Assembly (NCBI GenBank): GCA_964565795.1
Contig: CAZMGC010000002.1
Location: 1 to 57,853 of the forward strand
Source: an uncultured Gammaproteobacteria bacterium
GTDB taxonomy: Bacteria > Patescibacteriota > Microgenomatia > Levybacterales > UBA12049
Reading direction: 5' to 3'
Length of the DNA stretch: 57,853 bases
The notes under the pieces are model-generated. The model worked only from the letters and a program-made list of their open reading frames with translations, did not search any database and had not been told where the DNA came from. Positions within the stretch are counted from its first letter, which is position 1. The number at the start of each line of letters is the position of its first letter. Position numbers and translations under genes: made by a program. Positions 1 to 7,633 of the stretch are shown here, in pieces.

Positions 1-1
1 A

Positions 2-1852
2 GATCCATTAACAGTAACAATCGACGTAACTGTAGACGAATTATTATAATTCATAAAAGGCCCAGATTTCCCAACAGCCGGCAGCATTTACGATATAGCA
101 GAAATTAAAAATGTTTACACAACTGGAAGAGGCCGAATTTTAATTCGCGGAAAAGCTGATATCGAAGAAATTGGACAGGGAAAGAGTGCAATTATTATTA
201 CAGAGCTTCCATATCAGGTTAACAAAGCACTACTTGTTGCTAGAATTGCAGAGCTTGTAAGAGAAAAGAAAATCGAAGGAATATCCGACCTTAGAGACGA
301 ATCAGACAGACATGGAATTAGAGTAGTGGTTGAGCTAAAAAGAGACTCTTCTCCAAAAAGAGTTCTTAACAATCTATTCAAATATACTAGCCTTCAAACT
401 ACATTCTCAGCAAATGTCGTAGCGCTTGTTGATAATACACCACAAACCCTTAACCTCAAATCAATTTTGGAGGAATATATTAAGCACAGGTATCTTATTA
501 TTAAGAAAAGATCTGAGTTTGAACTCAAACAAGCTAAGGCAAGACTTCACATCTTAGAAGGACTTAAAATCGCAGTTGATAATCTTGATGCTGTAATTAA
601 AACGATTAGAGAATCCAAAACCCAAGAAGATGCTAAGGAAAACTTGATGAAGAAATTCAAGCTTTCAGAACTTCAAGCTGTAGCTATTTTAGACCTTCAA
701 CTTAGACGCCTTGCTGCTCTTGAGAGACAAAAAATTGAAGATGAATATCAAATGGTTAAAGAAACAATCGCGTATCTTGAGGACCTCTTGGCACATCCTG
801 AAAAAATCCTAAAGATTGTAAAGGATGAATCCAGCTATCTTAAAGAGAAATATTCCGATGAAAGAAGAACTAAGGTCTATAAAGGAAAAGTTGGAGAATT
901 CTCAGAAGAAGATCTAATTCCAAATGAACCAACAGTAATTACATTAACCACTACTGGGTATATCAAACGTCAATCATTAACAAGCTTCAGAACTCAGCAA
1001 AGAGGAGGAAAAGGAGTCAAAGGGATGACCACTAAAGACGAGGATGGAATCATGAACATACGCTCCACCATGACTCACGACAATATTCTTTTCTTCACAA
1101 ATAAAGGAAAGGTTTATCAGACAAAGGCTTATGAGATTGACGAGTCTTCTAGAACCAGCAAGGGCACAGCGGTGGTCAACTTAATCAATATAGAAGCAGG
1201 GGAAAAGGTAGAGTCATTTATCACTTATAACAAGGATGATGAATTTAAGCATGTATTCTTAGCTACCAGAAATGGAACTGTTAAGAAAACAGCAAAGTCT
1301 GAGTTTGAAAATATCAGAAAATCAGGAATTGTTGCTATAAAACTTGATAAGGGAGACGAGCTCGCATGGAGCAATCCAACAACCGGCGCAGACGATATTT
1401 TAGTTTACACTAGAAATGGAAAATGCATCAGATTTGACGAGAAATCCATAAGACCTCTCGGACGCGCTACTCGCGGAGTAAGAGGAATAAAACTCTCAGG
1501 AGATGATTTAGTGGTTGGTATGGACGTAGTTAAAAAAGATGACAATCCAGAATTACTAACTATAATGGAGAACGGTTACGGAAAGAAAACTTTAGTAAAA
1601 GAATTTAATGCGCAGAGTAGAGGAGGAATGGGAGTAAAAATCGCAGAAGTGACAGCTAAGACCGGAAAAGTAGCTTCTTCTCAAGTTATTCCACCAAACG
1701 CTAAAGAGGTAATCATAACTTCAATTAAAGGCCAGGTTGTAAAACTAGAGATTGACAGTATTCCAAAACTCTCACGCGCTACCCAGGGAGTAATCTTAAT
1801 GAGATTCTCCAAACAAGACGACAGAATCGCAGCTATAACCTGTGTTGAATAA
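2..1852 (+). CDS. gyrA: DNA gyrase subunit A, 3' ~1.85 kb (5' end outside window); frame interrupted by an in-frame TAA at 47-49
   Basis: Frame-2 translation from nt 2 reads DPLTVTIDVTVDELL*FIKGPDFPTAGSIYD...ITELPYQVNKALLVARIAELVREKKIEGISDLRDESDRHGIRVVVELKRD and continues into listed ORF 326-1852. These are canonical GyrA segments followed by C-terminal repeat blades. Confidence 0.93.
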
Positions 1853-2695
1853 ATGAAATTAGACGGCAAAGCAATTTCCTCTGAAATCCTAGAAATACTA
1901 AAACAGCGTGTCGAACTTCTCAAAAAGAAAAAAATAACCCCTACTATGGCCATAATCCTAATGGGTGACAATGAAGCTTCTAAAATTTACGTGAGACAAA
2001 AAGGACTTAAGGCTGAGGAAATTGGTGCAAAAGTTAAAGTTTTTCCGACTTCACGAGAAACAACGCACGAAGAATTAACCAAATTAATCAAAAAGCTTGA
2101 TAAAAATCCTAAAATTCATGGAATTATTATCCAAAGACCAGCTGGCCCAAATGTAGACGTAGATTCTTTAACTGAGCTTATTTCAGGCATAAAAGAAGTA
2201 GACGGATTTGGAAAACACTCCAAATATCCAGTCCCCGTAGCAGAAGCTTCATTTCTTCTCATAAAAAAAGCTTTTAAAGAAGGCAACCATACAGATAAAT
2301 TTACTAAATGGATCAAAGACCAAAAAATTGCAGTTATAGGAAAAGGGGAGACTGCAGGAAAGCCTATTATCGATCTTTTAAAAAAGCACAAGCTTAAACC
2401 TCAAGTAATTGACTCCAAAACCCCAAATAAAGAAAAAATATTAAAAGAAGCAGACATCATAATTACTGCCGTCGGAAAAACTATTCTTTCCACAAAACAA
2501 TTCAAAAAAGGAGTAATCCTTGTAGGAGTTGGACTATATACTGATGAAAATGGAAAACTAAGAGGGGACTACAATAACTCAGATGTCGAAAACGTGGCAA
2601 GCTTTTACTCGCCTACCCCAGGTGGAGTAGGACCAGTAAATGTAGCATGCCTTATGGAAAATTTAGTTAAAGCCGCCGAAAACTCTACTAAATAA
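1853..2695 (+). CDS. folD: bifunctional methylenetetrahydrofolate dehydrogenase/cyclohydrolase
   Basis: N-terminus MKLDGKAIS...ITPTMAIILMGDNEASKIYVRQK and C-terminal TPGGVGPVNVACLMEN are typical FolD. The ATG directly abuts the gyrA stop. Confidence 0.9.
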   Translation: MKLDGKAISSEILEILKQRVELLKKKKITPTMAIILMGDNEASKIYVRQKGLKAEEIGAKVKVFPTSRETTHEELTKLIKKLDKNPKIHGIIIQRPAGPNVDVDSLTELISGIKEVDGFGKHSKYPVPVAEASFLLIKKAFKEGNHTDKFTKWIKDQKIAVIGKGETAGKPIIDLLKKHKLKPQVIDSKTPNKEKILKEADIIITAVGKTILSTKQFKKGVILVGVGLYTDENGKLRGDYNNSDVENVASFYSPTPGGVGPVNVACLMENLVKAAENSTK

Positions 2696-2750
2696 TCTTG
2701 TAGTTAAAGCTCTAAATCAAACAAATATTACTACGGCAATCTAATCTTCG

Positions 2751-2780
2751 TTGACTTATTAACTTATAGTGTGTTAAAAT
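2751..2780 (+). promoter_or_regulatory. sigma70-type promoter, -10 close to start codon
   Basis: TTGACT (2751-2756), 18-nt spacer with TGn, TAAAAT (2775-2780), then 9 nt to ATG 2790. Confidence 0.55.
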
Positions 2781-2789
2781 CCCCGCACA

Positions 2790-3239
2790 ATGAATAATAA
2801 TGAAAATATTGAACTTAATTATTGGGGAGAAGGTTTTCAAAATATCTACACAAAACCTGATCCAAATAAAAGAACCATAAAGCAGAAGCTCGCAATCGTT
2901 ATTTCATTTATATCAGTTCTCGCTATTTTACCCACAACAATTTTTGCGATTACAAATTTTAATCCTGTTAATGACCAAAAACTTACGGCAAGAGTAACTA
3001 ATTTTGAACCAACGCAAGCAGTAAGCGAAATACCAACTCCTACTACAACACCACGAGTTAAGGACGTAGTTGTTAAAGGAATCGAATCTAATAAAGTAAA
3101 AGTTATTAATAATGATAGCTATTGGAAAATATCTAAAAGAACTTGCGGAACTGGTAAATATTATCTTTCGATAAAAGAAAAGAATGATAATAAAGCGCTT
3201 TATAAAGACGACTTTGTAATCGTAGATTGCAGTCTATAG
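2790..3239 (+). CDS. hypothetical membrane-anchored protein with LysM-like C-terminal segment
   Basis: One hydrophobic helix (LAIVISFISVLAILPTTIFAI). The C-terminus SYWKISKRTCGTGKYYLSIKEKN resembles LysM. No closer family recognised. Confidence 0.6.
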   Translation: MNNNENIELNYWGEGFQNIYTKPDPNKRTIKQKLAIVISFISVLAILPTTIFAITNFNPVNDQKLTARVTNFEPTQAVSEIPTPTTTPRVKDVVVKGIESNKVKVINNDSYWKISKRTCGTGKYYLSIKEKNDNKALYKDDFVIVDCSL

Positions 3240-3254
3240 TTAGCTTGTCTCCAC

Positions 3255-3284
3255 TTGACAAACCCCTAAGATAGTATTTAGATA
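3255..3284 (+). promoter_or_regulatory. sigma70-type promoter, -10 close to start codon
   Basis: TTGACA (3255-3260), 18-nt spacer, TAGATA (3279-3284), then 9 nt to ATG 3294. Confidence 0.5.
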
Positions 3285-3293
3285 TATATATCC

Positions 3294-4073
3294 ATGGAAA
3301 AAAGAGGAGTTGACCTTATTGGTGCCATTGTCGTTTTTTTTGTACTTCTGTTTGTCTATACGAAATTCATAGGACCTATTCCATTTGCAGTAAATAATGT
3401 AAACACAGCCACAACTGATGTTTTTCAAGCAACTGGTACTGGAAAGGCCTCCTCGGCCCCAGATCAAGCAGTAATTAACTTGGGAGTTACTTCTCAAGGG
3501 ACTTCTGTAGAGCAAGCACAAAACCAAGCAAATGAAGCCTCCAAGAGAATTATAAATGCCCTTAAAGAACAGGGAATTGAAGAAGATAATATTAAAACCA
3601 CAAATTATTCCATAAATCCTAACTATAGCTTTACAGGAGATAATCAAAGAATAACCGGATATACAGTTTCTCAAAATTTCGAAGTTGAATTACCAATCGG
3701 AAAAACAAATCAGGTAGTTGATACTTCTACTAAAGCAGGTGCAAATATGGTTGGGAGCATTTCATTTAAGCTAAATGACAAAAAGCAAAACGAATTAAAA
3801 AATGAAGCGAGAAAAGAAGCAGTAGAAATGGCAAAAAAATCTGCTGAAGGACTTGCAGACGCATCCGGAATAAAACTTGGGAAAATCATAAATGTGACAG
3901 AATCCACAGGAATGATAGGTATGCCTATGCCATTTACTGTAGCTGCAAAAGCAGTAGACTCAGCCCAAGGCGGAGACGTCTTAATTCAAAATCCAGAGGG
4001 GGAAGTCAGCAATATTACTCCAGGCGAAAGCAATGTTGAAGTAACTGTAATTCTTACTTATCAAACTAATTAA
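3294..4073 (+). CDS. SIMPL/DUF541 (YggE-like) periplasmic protein
   Basis: N-terminal anchor, then the pattern ...AVINLGVTSQG.SVEQAQNQANEASKRIINALKEQGIEEDNIKTTNYSINP... and ITPGE..VEVTV, typical of the SIMPL family. Confidence 0.75.
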   Translation: MEKRGVDLIGAIVVFFVLLFVYTKFIGPIPFAVNNVNTATTDVFQATGTGKASSAPDQAVINLGVTSQGTSVEQAQNQANEASKRIINALKEQGIEEDNIKTTNYSINPNYSFTGDNQRITGYTVSQNFEVELPIGKTNQVVDTSTKAGANMVGSISFKLNDKKQNELKNEARKEAVEMAKKSAEGLADASGIKLGKIINVTESTGMIGMPMPFTVAAKAVDSAQGGDVLIQNPEGEVSNITPGESNVEVTVILTYQTN

Positions 4074-4074
4074 G

Positions 4075-4212
4075 ATGTCTAAGGACGAACAGAAGTTTCA
4101 AAAAGCATTTTTACTACAAGTTAGAGCCACATTAAAAGGCGACTATGAACTCGCAACAAAAGCTAGGACTAAAGTAAATTTTTACAGGAAGAAAATAGAC
4201 GACAGAAATTAA
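4075..4212 (+). CDS. possible small ORF (45 aa), not in ORF track
   Basis: ATG overlaps the previous stop (TAAGATG). Translation is MSKDEQKFQKAFLLQVRATLKGDYELATKARTKVNFYRKKIDDRN. There is no homology evidence. Confidence 0.3.
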   Translation: MSKDEQKFQKAFLLQVRATLKGDYELATKARTKVNFYRKKIDDRN

Positions 4213-4216
4213 CTAC

Positions 4217-5164
4217 TTATTCATTTCCGCTATGAAATGACTTATGAACTTCTCTAAGCTGCTTATTTGTTATGTGGGTATAAATCTGAGTAGTCGCAAT
4301 ATTCTTATGTCCGAGCATCTCTTGTACACTTCTCAAATCAGCCCCGTTAGTAAGTAAGTCCGTAGCAAAACTGTGCCTCAAAGTGTGAACTGTAGCATCT
4401 ACTGGTATCCTGGCTTGCCTAACATATTTCTTTACAACTCTCTCAACGCTTCTGGCAGTAAGCCTCATTCTTTCACCATTATTTTCTTCTATTACAGCAC
4501 CTGAATAACGTATAAACATAGGCTTATATGCGTCTTTTCTGTGATTGAGGTATTTTTGTATCCAGTCAGCAGCCCTATCTGAAACGAACACAATTCTTGA
4601 ACGTCTGCCTTTACCTATGATTCCAAACTCCTTGCGGTCTAAATTTATCTGGTCGCGGTTAAGACTTACAAGCTCAGACACACGAAGTCCAGTCGAAAAT
4701 AAAAGCTCCATAATTGCGCGGTCTCTTACTCCTTCTTCCTTAGAAGTATCAGGGCTGGTAACCAGTCTTTCTACTTGATCCCGCTCTAAGAACTTTAGAG
4801 ATCTGCTTTCAGTTTTTGGTAGATCAATTTTGGATGGCTCAAGAGCTTTTATGTCATTTTTTATAAGAAATCTGAGAAATGAACGGAGGGCGATTATGTA
4901 ATAATTCTGCGTAACCCTCTTAAGCCCTGCGCCTTTGTCGTCAGTTTTATTAGAGAGAAAAACTCTGTATTTTCTTATATCTGAAAGGTCTATGTTCTCG
5001 AGATTTTTATTAGGAATTGTTTGCATGTACCATGCTCGGAAGACTTCTAGGTAATGTCTGTAGTCTCTGATCGTAAGCTTACTGCAATTTTTTTCAATCT
5101 CGAGGTATTCTAAAAAATCATTTGAATATCTTAAAAGCTTTTCTTCCATAATACTATAAGTCAA
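4217..5164 (-). CDS. tyrosine recombinase, XerC/XerD family
   Basis: Has the SAM-like N-domain (LEYLEIEKNCSKLTIRDYRHYL). Catalytic motifs are present: GLRVSEL, HTLRHSFATDLL (HxxR) and GHKNIATTQIYTH (nucleophile Tyr). Confidence 0.88.
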   Translation of the reverse strand: MTYSIMEEKLLRYSNDFLEYLEIEKNCSKLTIRDYRHYLEVFRAWYMQTIPNKNLENIDLSDIRKYRVFLSNKTDDKGAGLKRVTQNYYIIALRSFLRFLIKNDIKALEPSKIDLPKTESRSLKFLERDQVERLVTSPDTSKEEGVRDRAIMELLFSTGLRVSELVSLNRDQINLDRKEFGIIGKGRRSRIVFVSDRAADWIQKYLNHRKDAYKPMFIRYSGAVIEENNGERMRLTARSVERVVKKYVRQARIPVDATVHTLRHSFATDLLTNGADLRSVQEMLGHKNIATTQIYTHITNKQLREVHKSFHSGNE

Positions 5165-5352
5165 AATTTGAAGCTAAATTTCTTGAAAAACACCAATTAG
5201 CAGAAGTTAGGGGAGAGTGCCACGTTTGAAAAATTTCTATATCGAAGTGGATCAGACTGTATCCAGTAATCTTAGCTATTTCAGGCAGATAATAACTCAT
5301 TAATAATAAACGCTTTCATTCTGCGATGATCCTAGCGTTGCAAAATGAAAGG

Positions 5353-5382
5353 AAATTGTAAGACGCTAGCGTCTTACAATTT
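5353..5382. repeat. 30-bp perfect palindrome (11-bp arms AAATTGTAAGA / TCTTACAATTT around CGCTAGCG)
   Basis: AAATTGTAAGACGCTAGCGTCTTACAATTT equals its own reverse complement. It lies between the divergent xer gene and ORF 5439. Confidence 0.95.
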
Positions 5383-5401
5383 AATTATACGACGCGGGGA
5401 A

Positions 5402-5430
5402 TTGTATAGTCAAGAGAGATAGATTATAAT
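5402..5430 (+). promoter_or_regulatory. sigma70-type promoter driving a leaderless start
   Basis: TTGTAT, 17 nt, TATAAT (5425-5430), then 8 nt to ATG 5439. No Shine-Dalgarno. Confidence 0.55.
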
Positions 5431-5438
5431 GGCAGCTT

Positions 5439-5846
5439 ATGTTTATAGAATTAGCGATTGCTATTGATCAGAAAAACAACACAAAACCATTAACCGAAAA
5501 AATTGTTAAAAAAGTTGCAGCAAGTCTAACAAATCTAGACGATGACCCAAGAGGAAGATCACTAACGATGCTTGGGGTAAAACTAGGAAGTATTCCGGTA
5601 CTAGAAGAAGGTGTAATTACTCATCACGAACATGTAACCAGATATGTTTACTTCTTCGAATCTTCAAGTCGCTTGGATCCTCTACAAGTTACAGGTGTGG
5701 CGATAGATGGAAGAACAATCACTGAATATACATATAGACGAGAACAGCCAGAATCACATACCATGAGGAACATCTCACTATCTAGAGCTTGGGAATTATT
5801 TAGTGAAGTTGACAAAAGAGTTCCGGTTCAATTTCCAGCTGTTTGA
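5439..5846 (+). CDS. hypothetical protein (135 aa), G+C-richer accessory gene
   Basis: Long ORF with its own promoter. No family recognised. Confidence 0.6.
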   Translation: MFIELAIAIDQKNNTKPLTEKIVKKVAASLTNLDDDPRGRSLTMLGVKLGSIPVLEEGVITHHEHVTRYVYFFESSSRLDPLQVTGVAIDGRTITEYTYRREQPESHTMRNISLSRAWELFSEVDKRVPVQFPAV

Positions 5847-5871
5847 AATAAGATCCTTTGGATGATATAAA
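5843..5871 (+). promoter_or_regulatory. sigma70-type promoter (extended -10) driving a leaderless start
   Basis: TTGAAA (5843-5848, overlapping the upstream TGA stop), 17 nt ending in TGa, TATAAA (5866-5871), then 6 nt to ATG 5878. Confidence 0.6.
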
Positions 5872-5877
5872 TTAATC

Positions 5878-6651
5878 ATGCCAGAAGGAATACATAGACG
5901 AGATATTAGACCGTCACAAGGTGCATTTAGATCAGTCGATCAGGTAAACTCTAACAACCCTAGACTACAGCAAGCAAGAAGAATAACCTCATCTAAAGAC
6001 CACGGTTCAAACGTGCGTCACAGAATAAGAAATATTGCTCTAGCATTAGGAATAATAGCAGGTGGTGGAAGCGGAATCGCACACATTGTTGACGAGGTTA
6101 ACAAACCCCCCGCAGAAACACTTCAGAACTATCAAAACCTAATTACTCAAATCGACATGAACAAATATCTAGTTGAGATCCACAAAGATGGCGAAAAAGA
6201 TTTAGTAGTACGACATGATCCTTACATACCAGACTTTGATGATAGACAAGAAGGCAGAGACAATTATATTGAGATGAATGACATAGTCTCAATAAATGGT
6301 ACCCCTTGGGATGGCAAAGCTCCATTTATTATTGAAAACACTCCGGTTGTAATAGCCACTGATCCAACCTCTGGAATTCTTACTGCACCCTGGTTTGCTG
6401 TTGAATTAGAACACAAAAGCCCTCTGGGAGATATCACTAAAACAGTTGGTTTTATGAGCCATAGTGCTGCTACAGACTCCCACATCACACCTCTTGAATC
6501 TGATGGTGGTATGGTAAATGCTCGGTTCGAAAATGGGCAAATTGTGGGAAAAAATGAATCTGGAGATACAGTGGTGCCTAATGATAAAATAGGCTTAGCA
6601 TCTATCGCAACACACACTTTAACTACTCAGGTTGGAAACCCACAATCTTAA
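5878..6651 (+). CDS. hypothetical membrane-anchored protein (257 aa)
   Basis: Basic N-terminus, then one TM helix (IRNIALALGIIAGGGSGIAHIV). The C-terminal tail IATHTLTTQVGNPQS is shared with ORFs 41695-41982 and 39980-40762. Confidence 0.65.
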   Translation: MPEGIHRRDIRPSQGAFRSVDQVNSNNPRLQQARRITSSKDHGSNVRHRIRNIALALGIIAGGGSGIAHIVDEVNKPPAETLQNYQNLITQIDMNKYLVEIHKDGEKDLVVRHDPYIPDFDDRQEGRDNYIEMNDIVSINGTPWDGKAPFIIENTPVVIATDPTSGILTAPWFAVELEHKSPLGDITKTVGFMSHSAATDSHITPLESDGGMVNARFENGQIVGKNESGDTVVPNDKIGLASIATHTLTTQVGNPQS

Positions 6652-6658
6652 TTTTAAC

Positions 6659-6687
6659 TTGACATATTCTCGGCCTATAGTTATAAT
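6659..6687 (+). promoter_or_regulatory. consensus sigma70 promoter driving a leaderless start
   Basis: TTGACA, 17 nt, TATAAT, then 8 nt to ATG 6696. Confidence 0.7.
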
Positions 6688-6695
6688 AAGCGCCT

Positions 6696-7157
6696 ATGTC
6701 AGACAGATTAAAACACGCACCTGAATCAGCTATTAGATTCGCTGTTAGTCATCCAAGAGCAACTAGACTAGGTGCGCTTGCACTCTCCGCTGCGCTTGCT
6801 ACAACAGCTGTGACACCTGAAGGCCAAAATCCACTAACAAGAATCAAAATTGGAAGTAATGATCCAGAAATAATGACTCAACTTGAAGAAAACGATGGGG
6901 CTTTTCTCAGAGGCAGACCTAACTCTAACAGTGCACCAGTTGCAAGGGCCCCTATAGGAGAAGCTTTCACTGTAATAGGGCTCGTAGAAGATGGCAGATG
7001 GGTTAAAGTTAAACTAGACCCTAAGGAAAACATTCCAGACATTGATATGAATTATGGATTACTACCTAAAAATGATAAAGGAATTACAATAATTCCTAAG
7101 GAAGTTTATATTAAAAGACCTCTTGTAAAGGAAGTCTTCCCTAAACCTAAGAAATAA
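6696..7157 (+). CDS. hypothetical exported protein with SH3b-like segment (153 aa)
   Basis: Signal/anchor-like ATRLGALALSAALATTAVT. GRPNSNSAPVARAPIGEAFTVIGLVEDGRWVKVKL resembles a bacterial SH3 domain. Confidence 0.6.
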   Translation: MSDRLKHAPESAIRFAVSHPRATRLGALALSAALATTAVTPEGQNPLTRIKIGSNDPEIMTQLEENDGAFLRGRPNSNSAPVARAPIGEAFTVIGLVEDGRWVKVKLDPKENIPDIDMNYGLLPKNDKGITIIPKEVYIKRPLVKEVFPKPKK

Positions 7158-7233
7158 GCGAATTTTAGAAATACCTACCAACTCCGTGAATAACCTCTAC
7201 TCTATGCCTGGATGAGTACGATAGTAATTAAAA

Positions 7234-7253
7234 TTTAGCTTCATTTAGCCTCA
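7234..7253 (+). repeat. tandem 10-bp iteron-like pair TTTAGCTTCA TTTAGCCTCA
   Basis: Core TTAGCYT recurs on + at 7235, 7245, 7413, 7594, 7676, 7982 and 8041. It recurs on - at 7893-7899 and at 5171-5177 beside the xer start. Confidence 0.8.
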
Positions 7254-7391
7254 AAAATATAATAATTATATATCCTATAGCGGGGGAGGGATCATATTTT
7301 AAGCAATTGGCAAATACTTAAGAGAGTTAGGCGATAAAAGATAAACGTAAGTTAAAATTCAAGTAAATATATGAGAAATATTCGAAAGAAA

Positions 7392-7553
7392 AACAGGTCT
7401 TCTCCGGGTATATTAGCTTCCGTGACGTCGTAAAAGTATTATTCTACGACGTTATCAGTTTCTACTTCCTAGCGCCTATAATGTCCATATTTTAAGTATA
7501 TGCTTTTGTGGAGAGAATGATAGGAGTCACTACGTTTGTTTAGAAGACCTGTT
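7392..7553. repeat. 12-bp long-range inverted repeat enclosing internal hairpins
   Basis: AACAGGTCTTCT (7392-7403) pairs with AGAAGACCTGTT (7542-7553). Inside it, ACGTCGTA/TACGACGT (7425-7432/7445-7452) form an 8-bp stem with a 12-nt loop. A second 8-bp stem with a 12-nt loop lies at 7641-7668. Confidence 0.8.
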
Positions 7554-7624
7554 GCATCTCTCCGGTAACTAGTTGGTTATTGCATTAATGTGCTTAGCCT
7601 TACACTACGCTCTTCTAAGAGGAG

Positions 7625-7633
7625 TTATCCACA
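7625..7633 (+). promoter_or_regulatory. perfect DnaA-box consensus TTATCCACA
   Basis: Exact 9-mer. A one-mismatch inverted box TGTGGCTAA lies at 8053-8061. Its function is unproven. Confidence 0.3.

Noticed and set aside
2-60. An intein or gene-split boundary as the explanation for the gyrA interruption.
   Set aside because: GyrA homology is colinear and in frame across the stop (…VDELL*FIKGPDFPTAG…). There is no inserted sequence and no intein-type splice-junction motif.
1681-1971. Antisense or overlapping ORFs in the track. Examples are 1681-1971, 2116-2391, 3240-3674, 3710-3907, 4545-4778, 6143-6617, 9346-9528, 13317-13523, 14682-15094, 15950-16261, 28037-28372, 30542-31839, 34589-34828, 35424-35720, 36586-37082, 37259-37462, 41335-41517, 42749-42979, 43261-43626, 46114-46344 and 48797-49168.
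   Set aside because: Each lies opposite or inside a longer ORF that has clear family motifs or its own promoter. Their products are low-complexity mirror translations, and they have no initiation signals of their own.
5323-5351. The CTTTCATT / AATGAAAG 8-bp inverted repeat just upstream of the 30-bp palindrome, considered as a separate regulatory hairpin.
   Set aside because: It has a short stem and a 13-nt loop, and no gene end or T-run is associated with it. It is not distinguishable from chance in AT-rich DNA.
7464-7491. dif-like 28-mer ACTTCCTAGCGCCTATAATGTCCATATT. Its first 9 nt equal the left arm of the Bacillus subtilis dif site as I recall it.
   Set aside because: The right half does not align in register with the TTATGT.AA.T arm. 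Doing so needs a 4-nt centre. The two arms also show no mutual inverted symmetry. The 5353-5382 palindrome is a better recombination-site candidate.
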